In this document: positions 38,330 to 52,270 of the stretch, in pieces | How positions within the stretch are numbered: position 1 is the stretch's first letter | How the letters are laid out: every line of letters starts with the position of its first letter | From: Felis catus | Lineage: Eukaryota | DNA: 64,000 nt | Reading direction: 5' to 3' | NCBI RefSeq assembly: GCF_018350175.1 | Contig: NC_058368.1 | Span: 175,338,001-175,402,000 of the forward strand | Program-made: the position numbers and the translations under genes | The notes under the pieces: model-generated | Databases searched by the model: none | Told to the model about the DNA's origin: nothing | The model's input: only the letters and a program-made list of their open reading frames with translations

Positions 38330-39955
38330 ACTCTCACTGATGAGGCCTTGGGAAACCGAGCTTCACTATAACACAAGGCATTGACCTCCAAAAGTGTTAA
38401 CGTTCAGAAAACAAATGGCTCTATCTGTGAGTCTCTACAATTAAACACAAAGGAAAGTGACAGACTCTCAAACACAAAGTTAACGATTCAAAAACTCTCT
38501 AGTGATGTTAGAAATGCTAAGTGTCAAAAAAAATGCATGTATCTAAAATGAATTTACCTGTATACTAGAGACAAATAAATAAGTAAATACATAGGAGATA
38601 ATGACATCATATTTTCCACGGTCAGAGATAGCGAGCAAGCAAGCGGCGGGGGGGGGGGGGGGGGGTGCGGGGGGGCATGCTAGAATGAACCCTTTGGTTC
38701 TGCATGAGAAACAGAGTTAGCAAAATAAATTTATGCGTGTTTGATTTTTATAGATGGACAAATGGTAGGCGATAGATAGACAAAAAGAGAGACAGAGGTG
38801 TATACATGATTTATGATACATTTATGATTTCCAAACCCTGCCTGCTGAGAAGGTCTGGAAACAATGACACCCCTCTAGCAATAAGCTCACACAATACCCA
38901 GATCTTGGTTTCTAAACACCGTACCAAAAAAAAAATGTTTTTTTTTAATTTTTTTTCAACGTTTATTTATTTTTGGGGACAGAGAGAGACAGAGCATGAA
39001 CGGGGGAGGGGCAGAGAGAGAGGGAGACACAGAATCGGAAACAGGCTCCAGGCTCTGAGCCATCAGCCCAGAGCCCGACGCGGGGCTCGAACTCCCGGAC
39101 CGCGAGATCGCGACCTGGCTGAAGTCGGACGCTTAACCGACTGCGCCACCCAGGCGCCCCCAAAAAAATGTATTTAAAGAACATGGGAGCTAACCTGAAA
39201 GCACTCCCAAAGACAAACCTGAAACAATTTGAGCGGTAAAATAAATAATGATAGTATTTGATGATAACCCAAAGTATAAATAAATATCTGAGTCCATAAT
39301 AATATAAATAAATGATGGAATCAGCAAATCAATGAGAAGAAGGGACAACAACCCTTTCTTACAGAAGAATCCCAATTCATAAATGTAGAAGAAATGAGGG
39401 AAATAAAAAATGACTATTAGAACACTCCAGTAGCAATTGCTGCAGGCGGGATCTACTGATGAATGCTAAAAATAGTTCGTGCAAGTTTAAGGAGATACGG
39501 GGTATTTGTATATTCTCCAAGTGCCTTCCCCAAATTTTTACTAATTAAAGAGAAAAATAGTAACATCACAATGGAGAAACCTGCCCAACAAATACCACCT
39601 AAACTTGAAGATCAAGGTTAACATCACCAGGAGTGAGATCACTATCACCCACCCCCTGAGGTGATGCTCTGAAAACAGGAGATTTCGTCTGTGTCATCCT
39701 TCCCCCAAATCCGTATTCTCCATGTAACCATGGAAAACATCAGACAAACCCAAACTGAAGGACAATCTACAAAATACCTGACCCGCAGTCTTCAAAGTAT
39801 CAAGGTTGTGAAAGACAGTAAGATTGAGGAACTGTCACAAATCGACGGAGGCTAAGGTACAACTAAATACCACATGGGGTCCTGGAACATATCCTGGCAC
39901 AGAAAAAGAATTTTAGTAGAAAACTTGTGAAATCTGAATAAAATCTGTAGGATGG
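38330..39955 (+). mobile_element. Ancient L1M (L1MC/MD-like) 3' region, interrupted by a SINEC
   Basis: aacaatgacacccctctagcaataagc...cccagatcttggtttctaaa; atcagacaaacccaaactgaaggacaatctacaaaatacctg...gaaatctgaataaaatctgtag. Confidence 0.75.
38938..39160 (-). mobile_element. Young SINEC_Fc
   Basis: Full length, CpG-rich; caaaaaaatgt-like TSD. Confidence 0.95.
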
Positions 39956-40009
39956 TTATTTTTTTTTTTTTTGATACATGTAAAGAGTTTGATCAAAATT
40001 GCCTAAATT

Positions 40010-40199
40010 GGGGCGCCTGGGTGGCGCAGTCGGTTAAGCGTCCGACTTCAGCCAGGTCACGATCTCGTGGTCCGGGAGTTCGAGCCCCGCGTCGGGCTCT
40101 GGGCTGATGGCTCGGAGCCTGGAGCCTGTTTCCGATTCTGTGTCTCCCTCTCTCTCTGCCTGTCCCCCGTTCATGCTCTGTCTCTCTCTGTCCCAAAAA

Positions 40200-40238
<39 letters not shown>

Positions 40239-40259
40239 AAACGTTGAAAAAAATTTAAA
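40010..40259 (+). mobile_element. Young SINEC_Fc with (AAAT)n tail
   Basis: TSD aaaattgcctaaatt at 39995-40009 and 40260-40274. Confidence 0.95.
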
Positions 40260-40334
40260 AAAATTGCCTAAATTAATGTTATCATTAAAATGATATATTT
40301 GTGTAACTGAATTTATAAATTAAAAGTTATCGGA

Positions 40335-40557
40335 GGGGCACCTGGGTGGCTCATTCGGTTAAGCATCAGCTCAGGTCATGGTCTCACGGTTCATGAGTTC
40401 AAGCCCTGCATCAGGCTCTGTGCTGACATTTTAGAGCCTGGAGGCTGTTTGGGATTCTGTGTCTCCCTTTCTCTCTGCTCCTCCCCCACTTGCTCTCTCT
40501 CTCTCTCTCTCTCTCTCCCTCTCTCTCAAAAATAAACATTAAAAATCATTTTAATAA
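40335..40557 (+). mobile_element. Older SINEC whose tail hosts a younger copy
   Basis: CpG-decayed body with (CT)n. Confidence 0.9.
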
Positions 40558-40788
40558 GGGGCGCCTGGGTGGCGCAGTCGGTTAAGCGTCCGACTTCAGC
40601 CAGGTCGCGATCTTGCGGTCCGTGAGTTCGAGCCCCGCGTCGGGCTCTGGGCTGATGGCTCAGAGCCTGGAGCCTGTTTCCGATTCTGTGTCTCCCTCTC
40701 TCTCTGCCCCTCCCCCGTTCATGCTCTGTCTCTCTCTGTCCCAAAAATAAATAAACGTTGAAAAAAAATTTTTTTTAAATAAATAAAT
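40558..40788 (+). mobile_element. Young SINEC_Fc nested in the tail of the older SINEC
   Basis: TSD aaaaatcattttaataa at 40541-40557 and 40789-40805. Confidence 0.95.
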
Positions 40789-41693
40789 AAAAATCATTTT
40801 AATAAAAAAAAATTATTGGAAGACATGAGGAAAATGAGGACATGTGGTCTGTGTTAAGGCATCTGGGGTGATCATGTAAAGGATGCCTGGAAGGAGGGGG
40901 CGGTGCCCATGAACTTCCTAAGGCAGGTGGGAGGTAACCAATTTCTGTGTTACGGGCACTTTACAGAACTGCCTTATTTTAAGCCATAGCAATCTTATTA
41001 GGGGGAGGGGTTATTTATAAATATTTCCAATTTACAAATGAGGGAACTGAGGCTGAGTGGGGAGGTTATTCCAGATAAAGTAGCTATAATTTGTTGAATG
41101 CAAATAGGTAAATCTTTAAATATTTCATTGAGTTCTGGCAAAGTAAGTTAGGTACCATTATTGTCTCCATTTTAAAGGTGGGGAGGCTGAAGCTGAGAGG
41201 GAGGAAGGCCACAGATCCAGGAAGTGCAGCGCCCCTCCCAGGGACTCCATTTCCCCTCTGCCACACGCCCACCCACACCCAACACAGCACTCACCAGGGG
41301 CCTTGAGTTGAAATATAAATTACAGCAATTCAGTCCACAGCCTCTGGACATCCTTCCCTTGGAAGGAGACAGAGAGGCAGAGACAGAGAAAGACAAAGAG
41401 AGAAGAGAGAGAGAGGTAGAGAGTGTCTGGAGAGGGGGTGGCCATCTTTGAGGGCAACTTTGACTAATGAACTCTGGGTCTGGATTCTCAGAAACAGACC
41501 ATTTCTGACAAAAGGGCAGAATCAGATAAACACCCGGCTGTGCCAGATCTGAGTCTGATCTATGGGGAACAACACTGATGTTGCCATGGAAACCAGTCTT
41601 TTTTTTTTTTTTTTTTTTCCGCCTCAACTGTTCAGGAGCTCTATTTTTCTAAAGAGATGGTGATGTGTGCTTCTTGGAAAAATTGTCAGGGAT

Positions 41694-41808
41694 TTCTTTC
41701 TTCTTCTTCTCCTTCCCTTTCTCCTCCTCCTCCTTTTTCTTCTTCTTCTTCTTTTTTCTCTCTTCCTCCTCCTCCTCCTCCTCCTCCTCCTCCTCCTCCT
41801 TTTCCTTC
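41694..41808. repeat. Polypyrimidine (CTT/CTC)n tract
   Basis: ~115 bp containing only C and T on the + strand. Confidence 0.95.
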
Positions 41809-43343
41809 CACGTGATGCCCCAGTCAGATTAGAACACAATGTAGGGGTGAGGGGAGCAGGATAAGTTGATCAACAGCAGTTCTGACAGGTAGTCTTTCGA
41901 TTTTCCAGAAAAATGTATGTCTCCCTAAATGTCTCCTGAAGTGACTGACAGCTGGGAATATCCTGGTGCCATCACTGCCTCTCCCCAAGGTGCGGCAATT
42001 GTCTCTTCATGCCTGTCCCTTCCCCTCCCCCCCCCACCCCCCGCCCCAGCCTGGGTCGGGAGCCCCAGGGGAGCAGCCCCTACTTCCTGTGCGTGTTTAA
42101 TCTTTGCATCCGGCACAGGCAAGGAGGAGACATCCCAGGAGCATTTGTGAGGAGCAGCCCAGAGCTGTCTCTCCCCTACACCTCTGTGGTGCTCTTCCTG
42201 CTACTGGGGAGCACTCTGCTCAGTGGTGTCTTCTCTCCACGCTCATAAATTCTCACCATCAAAATGCAACTCGTCCTTCAAGGCTTACTTCTAAAGCCAG
42301 TTCCCCCAGGGACCCCTGACTGACGCCCACACTGTCACGCTCTCCCCTCCACCCTTCCTTCACACCTTCCCTTCTGTCTCATCTCCCTGTCAACTGTGTG
42401 CCTCTCCAGGGAGCGGTTCCCAATGTCGGGGAGTAGGTTAAAAAGTGTGCAAAAGCCGCAAACGGAGCCTATTCTGTGAACCAAGGTGCTGTTTTATCAC
42501 GACTTCCTGTCTTCCCCTAACTCTCCATCAGCTAGCAGTGCTCAAAACCCCCTCCTCCAAAACCCAGAGCTCCTTTTCCCTGACAAACCCCTCTGGTTAA
42601 CTGTTCTAGAACTAATCTCCCCATTCCTTAGGTATTGTGGGAGGAGTTAGGTAGCCTCCTTTTTGTTCTGCTGGGGAAGCTGTGACTCCACCAAGAATAG
42701 CACATGGCCCCAGGGTTGCCCCTAAAACCAGAAGTGTCCGTCCCCCGTCTCCTATCTCTCATCCTCTCCCTTCTTTCCGGTCACCCACTCACAGGCTCTT
42801 CATTCCAGAGAAAAGATGACTTTGGCTGATTTTTTGAGGCGATGGAGTGGCAAATCCATTTATGACAGACTGTTTGAACGTGCGTTCGTTAAGTCTTCGG
42901 TTGACTTTGTGTAATTGAAGAAAATAGCCGGGGGGTTACACGTTGGCCACATGGTCAGCCTGCCTCGATGAGTGGGATGCCAGCCCAGATCCCTGCCCTG
43001 GCTTCACGGTGCCCTGAACAGAGGCTGAATTCCAGGGCTCTGTGGGTGCGGGCAGGGTTGTCTAATGCCGGAGCTCAGCAGCCTGTGCAACCCCAAAGGC
43101 AGGAGGCCTGCTATCTTCCTTCTCCTTCCCACCAGGCGTGCATGAATGGCCCCAATCCCCCGTGTTAGCAATGGGCTTGGAGCCTCAGCTTCCAGCTCTG
43201 CCCAGAGTCAATCCCGGTCTCTCCCTCCAATATCTGGCCATCCAAGTTTGAGAAGAGCCGTGAACACAAACCACGAACCACCAAGCAAAGTACAGGGATG
43301 AGCAGTTACTGCCGAGGGGCACCGTGGTTAAGACCCCGGTGCA

Positions 43344-43572
43344 GGGGCGCCTGGGTGGCGCAGTCGGTTAAGCGTCCGACTTCAGCCAGGTCACGATCTC
43401 GCGGTCCGGGAGTTCGAGCCCCGCGTCAGGCTCTGGGCTGATGGCTCGGAGCTTGGAGCCTGTTTCCCATTCTGTGTCTCCCTCTCTCTCTGCCCCTCCC
43501 CCGTTCATGCTCTGTCTCTCTCTGTCCCAAAAATAAAATAAAAACGTTGAAAAAAAAATAAAAATAATAAAA
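43344..43572 (+). mobile_element. Young SINEC_Fc inserted in a MIR
   Basis: TSD aagaccccggt at 43330-43340 and 43573-43583. Confidence 0.95.
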
Positions 43573-43825
43573 AAGACCCCGGTACCAAAACCTGTGGGTC
43601 AGAAGCGTGGCCCGGCCATTTCTTAACCGCATGGCCTGGCACAGGGTGCGGCACGGCTCCGTGCCTCCACATTCCTCCATCCCAAAGTGGGGAGGACGAT
43701 GTCAGCATGGCGACAGTGACGTCAACGATGGGGGGGGGGGTCCTTACCTCATGGAGCTGGTGGAGGGTTATATGACATGCTTAGCACCCGGCACGCAGCA
43801 AGGGGCATCCATGTGCTGGCTATTC

Positions 43826-43944
43826 TTTTGTTTTTCCTTAAGATTCTTCGTTTTTAAGTAATCTCGACACCCTACGTGGGGCTCCAACTGACAGCCCTGA
43901 CTCCAAGATTTGCATGTTCTACCAGGTGAACCAGCCGGACGCCC
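43826..43944 (-). mobile_element. Old short SINEC
   Basis: tttttaagtaatctcgacaccctacgtggggctccaactgac...gaaccagccggacgcccc. Confidence 0.75.
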
Positions 43945-44700
43945 CACGTGTTGGCTGTTCTTAACCTTACCCACTGATGCCAAGCCCCAGCGGAGAATTG
44001 CTTTTGTGATAGCTGTGACTCGACTTGGGGGGGAATGAACTATAACCTTGACAGGGCTGCTCAAGGTCTTACAAAAGCGGGCTGGGGGGGGGGGGGGCGG
44101 ACAAAGGAATCACACGCACCTGGGTTCGGATCCCAGCTCATCTGCTATGGCCCCAGGGTCTTTATCCCTCTGAGCGAGCCTCAGTCGCTTTCTCTGTAAA
44201 ATAGGGGGTCACCAGCTCCTCCCTGCCGTGGTTATAATAAACCCTACAGCTAATTAGGCAAAGGACCCCAGTGATCACCCATCACCTCCTTCCTCAAGCT
44301 GTTGGCTCACAGCCAATGGTATTATCTCAGTGCATCCTCAAACTTGCCTTGTGCCATATCTGTGCCCATATCCGGGTCTGTCTCCAGATTGAATGCCCCG
44401 TGCCCGGCACAGCCTGGCCCTCCACGGGTGCTCAGCTGATACTGAAGGGGTGAAGGACGCTGCACTGTAAGACAAGGGACCAGGTGTATCTCTTAGCCCC
44501 AGCTTCTGACCATAGCATCATTTCCGGGCCCGCCTGCCCGAGATTTCCCCCCACAGCCCATTTCCAGCCCCAGCCTAACAGGATACTCTGCCCCCAGAGC
44601 CCACTCTGGCCCCAGCATCTTCCCTCCCCCACCAGGCTCACCGAGCCAGAGGACAAAGAAAGTTGCAAAGGGAGGTCAAGACTTTTCAGACACATCTATC

Positions 44701-44706
44701 TTTATT
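44701..44706 (-). terminator. Polyadenylation signal AATAAA of NSG2
   Basis: tttatt on + strand; followed on the minus strand by gatagatgtgtctgaaaagtcttgacc and a U/GU-rich element (ctttgcaactttctttgtcc). Confidence 0.75.
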
Positions 44707-45471
44707 TGTTTCCTGTCAGAAAAGTTCAAGAGTTAACACCAAAAAATACTTCAGCCTCTGCTGCCTACTGACAAAAATACGCCACAAAATTATAAAGCGC
44801 TCAGCGGTGTTGCTAGGGACAATTTGCTATTCCGCTTCGATGACAAATGAATTTACAGGTGACTGGAGGGGATGTGGTGGGAGGAGGAACGTCAGATGAT
44901 CGCGTTTGGCAGGATAGTTTGAGCTATGCCAGTCTTATTACCCGGCTGTTGGGCACGAAGATTTCGGCAACATAGCAAGCCAGGAGAAAATGCCCCTTAA
45001 ACGGCCTGTCACCGCTTCATGGGGAAACGGCACTGCATCTCGAATAACCAACTCTCCCAGCCCGTTCTGGCCCCGGAGCCACCTCCCACAGCAGGGGCCT
45101 CTCGGAACCCTTTGCAAGGAGAGCTGGGTGGGAGTAGGCACAGGCTGATGTGGTCCCAGGCAGCAGGAGGCCCGGCCAATGCCGGATGCTGCCCCCCTAG
45201 CCAGGAGCTTCTGAAACTAGATTGGGGACTTTGGGTGCTTGTCCAACGGCTGTCAGTGCAACAGGTGGGCAAAAGACGGTCCACAGTTTTCAGCTTCTCT
45301 GAGGACTGATTTGGCATTGCTGCAGCCCCTATCTTTAAGTCTCCCTGGCTGTCACCTGAGGCTCCTGGTTATGACCCTTATCATAAGAAGAACAAACACG
45401 AATTTTAAAATGTGGTCTAGCTTGGCCGAATGTTATATCTGCCTGTCCTGTGCCTTCCTTCTTCCCGCAGC

Positions 45472-45530
45472 CTCGCCTCGCCTCTCCTCTCCTCTCCTCT
45501 CCTCTCCTCTCCTCTCCTCTCCTCTCTCTC
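45472..45530. repeat. (CCTCT)n microsatellite inside the NSG2 3' UTR ((AGAGG)n in the mRNA)
   Basis: About ten tandem cctct/cctcg units. Confidence 0.9.
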
Positions 45531-46319
45531 CACCCTTGCTGTCTCTTAAACATAGGCAGTACCCACGTGTAGATCTAGAAACACCAGAAAAAGACAGAGA
45601 ACGTCTGCCTGCTGCTCAGAGTTTGCTTGTATCCATCCCCGGGCTCCCTGGGTCAGCCCGAGCCCTAGCTTAGATTCCCATATGGACAGTTTGTGCTAAT
45701 TTGGCCAAACACACCGGTGGTGGGAGCTCCTCACTTTGGGTCGTGTGTGTTCCGGGCTTACCAATGCCGAAATCAGCCCTTCTCTCCAGCTAGGCCGGTC
45801 CTAACTTCCCATAGTCCTCTCCTGCAGACCAGAGGCCAGCCACACAGCCCCAGCCTGCATCACTCACATTTTCGGTACCTTCCAAACCCCATGCTGAAAC
45901 TACAGTTTCTCTGCTAAGAAGCCCAGAGGCTGTGCTCTTTACGGCCCGTCAGCGTCTTCCAGATCCAGCCAGTTGACTCTTTTTCTGTTCATTTTGTTTC
46001 CCTTCCTGTTTTTAAATTTTCCTAACAAGTAATAAGCAGTGGCTTTGAAAATATCTTACATGGGAACAATCAACACGAAACATGCCTTTGTACATAATCC
46101 TGACTTGGGGACGAATCAACAATACCAAAAGACAAAAAGAAATATCGATTCAGACAACTCCAGTGCACGATATTTTCGGTGAGTTCCCTCCCCCTACCCA
46201 CCCCGGCCCCGCCCCCACCCCCATATCCCAGGAGTACAGTGGTGTCTTGGAACTGGAGCTTGGCTTAGCCAATGAGGGGGTCCCCCTCCGCACCCCCCAT
46301 TCTGGCTGGGGGTGGGCCT

Positions 46320-47574
<1,255 letters not shown>

Positions 47575-47879
47575 TCAGCCCACCCTGCCTTCCGTCCGCC
47601 GCACAGCCGCCTTCGAATTCCGGAGCTGTAGGCCACGTGGTGCGTCAGAAAGAGCGGGGGCCTGGGGCCCAGAGAACGCGCTCTGTCTCACTCCGTCACT
47701 AACCTGCAGGGTGACCTGGAGAAAAGCGCCTGTACTCTTTGGGCCTCAGTTTCCCCCATCTGCTAGATACTCTCTCCGAAGCCCCTTCTCGGCCCAGGCG
47801 TGATTCTCCCCGTTTACGTTTCCTGTTAATCGTGTGCAGGTGCACGGAGGGTAGGGGGGTGGTGATCCTTAAGCCACCT

Positions 47880-48390
47880 GTCCCTTCCGGCGCTCCCGCC
47901 TTCCTCCACCACCACCCACCCTACCACTACTGAATTCCCACCCCAGACACAACGGCCTCTTCCGCCTCCACTTGGACATGCCATAGGCACCGCAGACACA
48001 CCGTGGACGCGTTACCAAACCAACCCCCTGCTCCTCCTGCCTTTTTTCCCCAGCTCCACCCAGGCCAAAACCCTGGGAGTCATCCTTGACTCCTTTTCTC
48101 ATATTCGACATCCAATCTACAGCGGAACTTACTGTTTCTCCCTTCCGACATATCCGTAATCCGACAGCTTCTTACCACCCCGGCCATCTCCAACCCGGCC
48201 AAGCCAGCAACAATTCTCTTGTGTGCAGTTCCGAAGCAGCCCCTGACTAGCAGCCTCCTCGACCCAGGCAACGCAGTCACGCACAGCAGCCTGAGAGGTC
48301 CTTTCAAAATCTAAGTCAGGGCACGTCCCTTCTCTGCTCAGAAGCATCTAATGGTCTCTAAATTACTCACGCTGAAAGCCCAGCTCCTAA
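47880..48390 (+). mobile_element. L2 LINE fragment
   Basis: cacttggacatgccataggcacc...aaaccctgggagtcatccttgactcc...cagcagcctgagaggtcctttcaaaatctaagtcag. Confidence 0.75.
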
Positions 48391-48798
48391 CCATTATCTA
48401 CAAGCAAGCTTTAAAAAAATAACACAACGCTCAACAGACTGAGGGCACCATGAGGGTTTATCAGAAAGGAGTAAATGTCTACTTTCGGGGTTCCCTCCAG
48501 GCTTGCGCTGACCCCATCCCACTCCGTGTACAAAGTGGTAGGGTAACCCCCACGACATTGGGTGCCTCGGGTCACAAGCAGAATGTTTTTTCATGTTATT
48601 TTTAAAAGCTGGTGGCCTTTTGAGTCGGTTGGCCCAGAAATAGGGCAGAATTCCTCTCACGGAGAGAAGATTTCTTTGATTCAGGATAAAAATCAAATCA
48701 ACCTAGGGGGTCCCCAAGCCTATCTTCTTCCCAAACCAGGAAGGACAGAGGGGATGGAAGTCTATGTGGCTGCATGTGTATATAAAGTTTTAGGACAG

Positions 48799-49725
48799 TG
48801 TGCTACGATGATATAAGAAAAATATATAGTTGGGTCTTGTTCCCAGTTTCTGGCACAGAACTCCTAAAACCCTTGTAATTTCCTAAATGATAGAGTACTA
48901 GAAGCATCTTTTGTTCCAATATTTGGGTTTTGTGCCCAGTTCCTGAAATAGCCCAGATCCATAAAGATGAAAGGAGTGTTTTTTAGGATTCATAACAAGT
49001 CCCTTTTGACCACACCTGAGTTTATGTTAATGACGGGACTTTTGGAAAATCCCGACGGATAGGGGTCAGTTGCCAGGGAGTCAACCAAGTGATTAGAGGG
49101 TTGGAACTTTTGACCCCATCCCCTCGCCCCCCGGGGGAGGGGAGAGATTGAGTTCAATCGCTGATGGCCAGTGATTTCATCAATCACGCCTATGTAACGA
49201 AACCTCTATAAAAGTCTCAACTGAAGAGATTCAGAGAACGTCCATGTTGGTGAACAAGAACGCGTCCAAATGGGGGGAGTGCGACTCATCCTGTACTCCA
49301 CGCGGGGACAGATGCCCTGTGCTCAGGACCCTTCCAGACTTTGCCCTGTGTATCTCCTCTGGGGGCTGTTCGTTTGTATCCTTCGTAACAAATCAGTAAT
49401 ACTAAGTAAAGCACTTTACTGAGTTCTGGAAGCCGTTCTAGCAAATTATCAAAACCGGAGAGGAGGTTGTAGGAGCCCCCAGTGAACGGCGAGTCGGTGA
49501 GGAGTACAGATGCAACCTGGGACTTGGGACCCGCATCTGAATTGGGGCAGGCTTGTGGGACTGAGCCCTTAACCTTGGGGGGGGGCGGTTTGCACTAACT
49601 CCAGCGGCCAGCGTCAGAGTCCAGCTAAATTCTAGGACGTCTACTCAGCGTCCACCGAGAATTGGAGGATTACTTGGTGTGGGAACACCACCGCACATCT
49701 GATGTCAGAAGTGGCGAAAGGATGG
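48799..49725 (+). mobile_element. Solo LTR, MER21-like (ERVL class)
   Basis: atataagaaaaatatatagttgggtc...ctggcacagaactcctaaaacccttg...tggtgtgggaacaccaccgcacatctgatgtcagaagtg resembles MER21B/C as recalled; TATAAAA near 49207. Confidence 0.75.
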
Positions 49726-50084
49726 AGGAAAAGGTAGCCCTAGATGGTGACATGTGAAAGTCACTTCTAAACTCTTGTCAGCACAGTGCACTGTGCACCC
49801 CCTCCGGGTGCACGCTGAACCCTCAGCAGCCTCCTGCCCAAGGTTGGCGTGGGGGAGCGCAGAGATCAGACCAGAATCACTCGGGTAAGATGTGGAGAGA
49901 GCTGGAGATACCAGCAGAGGCTGGAACCTGGAGCAAGGGAGAGATGCCCCAAACCCGCATACACCCCCTTATACACTCTGAAGATAGTACTTGATGAGTA
50001 CAAGGCCACTAGCTAATGTTAAGGACCTAGGAATACCTGGTCAGCGGATGTGTGAAGTAGACGGAAAGAATTTTCAATGCCCAG

Positions 50085-50375
50085 ATTTCCCAATAGCCAA
50101 AGGCAGAAACAGCCCCAATGTCCATCAAGTGATGGATGAAGAAGCACATCGTCTGTCCATACGCATAGAGACGGAATGCAGATCGGTGGTTGCCAGGGCC
50201 TGGGGGTAAGGGGAGTGGCAAGTGACAGCTCATGGGAACCGAGTTTCCTTCTGGGGTGACGAAAATGTTTTGGAACTAGGGAGAGGTGGTAGTTTGCCCA
50301 ATACTGTGAATGCGTTGAATGGCCCCGAGTTCTTTGCTTCAGTTAATATTGTATGCGAATTTTACCCCGATTGAA
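50085..50375 (+). mobile_element. L1MB-like 3' fragment
   Basis: aatagccaaaggcagaaacagccccaatgtccatcaagtgatgg; gtggttgccagggcctgg...ggggtgacgaaaatgttttggaactag. Confidence 0.75.
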
Positions 50376-51081
50376 AGACACGTGCCCAGAGTTCAGGTTG
50401 ATTCTGTCCCTCAAAAGGACCTTAAGGTCCTGTTAGCATCCCCTCACCAGAGCTGCGCGTGAGACAGACCCAGACATGCTTGCAGACGCAGCCACCCACA
50501 AAGGGCAACTGTAGATCTCATGCATGGCAAGGTGCAGCACCCCCCCCCACCACCACTGCTGACCCGATGCGGGGTCTTAGGGAGCCCCCAGAAAGCCCCC
50601 ATCCTAACGTGACCATGTGCGATCCCAAGCCCTGACTGGGCAGAGACAGTCTCTTTGCCTAGCCCAGCATGCGCGTCCCCAAGTCAGCAGCAGGTCGGTG
50701 AGGAGGAGGAAGCACCGGGAGCTGGAGCAGGGCCCAGCACACCTGCCCATGGGACACGTTCCCCTTAAGGGGACGGAGGCCCTTCCCTTCCTAATGTCCC
50801 TGAGTGAACAGCCCCCATCTAGGAGGGGCAGGGTGTGATTTACCATAGCGGTCCCAGAGCTGGACCGGTTAAGCACAAGTGTTTCTAGAACAAGAAGAGA
50901 GAAGGAGAGAGGGGAGGAGGGCGGGAGGGAAGGTCCTGTAGGAATCAGTGCTGAGGCCAGGATTCTGATGTTTTGGGTCAGGGACGGTGGGTCCAGGACA
51001 TGGGCAATCTTATGAACTCTCTGGGTGATTGTAACGCACAACCAGGGACGAGGACCGCCACCGTAGCATGACTAGGTGTGA

Positions 51082-51200
51082 GTGGTTCTCAAGCTGGCTA
51101 CCCATTCTTAGAATCACTTGGGCAGTGTTTGAAATAATGCTGATGCTCTGGACCTGCCCCAGACCAATCACCCCAGCATCTCTGATGGTCGAGTCCAAGC
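51082..51200. mobile_element. MER5-like hAT-Charlie relic
   Basis: gtggttctcaagctggc...agaatcacttggg...tgctgatgctctggacctgccccagacc. Confidence 0.6.
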
Positions 51201-51659
51201 CCCAAGGTGGCTGTCGTGCACAAGAAGTGTAGGGAAGAGTGTGGCACGTGGGCGCTGGGCAAGGTGCCCTATGTCACTGCCAGAGACAAGGGTCTGGCGC
51301 TGAGAAGGACGCCAGAAGTGCCACCCGCCCGAGGGGCTTTGCTGAGCGAGTCTAACTCCTTCCACATGTTCCGTAGCCCCGGAACTAGGGTGAGAAGAGG
51401 TCATTTGAACCAAAGAAGAGTGTGTGTCCCTGTCCTGAATCTTGGTAACTTCTGCAGCTGGAAGCCAGTCATTTCCTAAAAGCCTGTCAGGGAACACAGG
51501 GCTGTGAATGAAGCACAGGCCCTCCCTCAGAGCCTCACAGCCTACTGGGTGAGGGAGAGGTGGACAGATGGGGGCGGGCACGTGCAACACAAGGGCTGGC
51601 ACCGTGAGGGCAGCAGCACAGGGGACTCCTGGGCCTAACCAGTCTGGGAGTGGGGGGCC

Positions 51660-52270
51660 GGGGAGTGGATCAGGGAAGGCCTCCTGGAGGAGGCAACATT
51701 GGAAGTGACTCCGGGGAGGAACGCCAGGATAGGGAAGGAAGAAGGTTCTGAGCAGAGAAGTCGTATCTGCCACGGGGTGGAAGCTGGGACTGTTCTGGAA
51801 GCATCACATGGTTCACCGTGGCTGGCCCAGAGGATGCAAATGAGGGAGAGAGGGGTCTGGCGCAACGGGGTGGCGGCCAGAGAACAGATAAGGAAGGGCC
51901 AGGCTACAACTTGGGCTTTATCTCCAGGGGAACAGGGAGCCCCTGAAGGTCTTAAGGAGGGAAGTGACAGGATACAAATTATGTTTTGGAACGATGCCTC
52001 TGTGAGCAACACGGAGGCAGGTTTGCAGGGGCAGGAGGCAGAGAGGCCAGCGAGAGCTGATGCGTGAGGCCATGCCCCCAGCGCTGAGACCGGGCCTGGG
52101 GCCATGAGGGTGGAGGGGTGGATATTTTGAGAAGCTCCTGGGAGGTAAGCAGAGTGAGGTGAAAGGGAAGGAGGGAGGGGACTCTGGGGACGAAGGGTGA
52201 CATTTGGGCTGGTCTGGATTCGTGTGAGCTGAGCAGCATTGGTTGTCGGAAGGGAAATGGGGAGGAGGAG
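51660..52270 (-). mobile_element. L2 LINE fragment
   Basis: tcagggaaggcctcctggaggagg...ttgggctttatctccagggg...ggaagtgacaggatacaaattatgttttgg. Confidence 0.65.

Larger units (their letters stand above)
44685..46319 (-). other. NSG2: NSG2 3' UTR (~1.6 kb; 3' end approximate)
   Basis: Sequence free of recognisable interspersed repeats between the stop codon and the AATAAA signal; cleavage site inferred ~15-25 nt past the signal. Confidence 0.75.

Noticed and set aside
41624..41864. Poly-Arg (protamine-like) and poly-Leu ORFs
   Set aside because: Translations of the (CTC/CTT)n tract.
49781..50431. Two perfect 16-bp palindromes (gcacagtgcactgtgc at 49781; aggaccttaaggtcct at 50416)
   Set aside because: About one such palindrome is expected by chance in 64 kb (64000/4^8); no supporting context.
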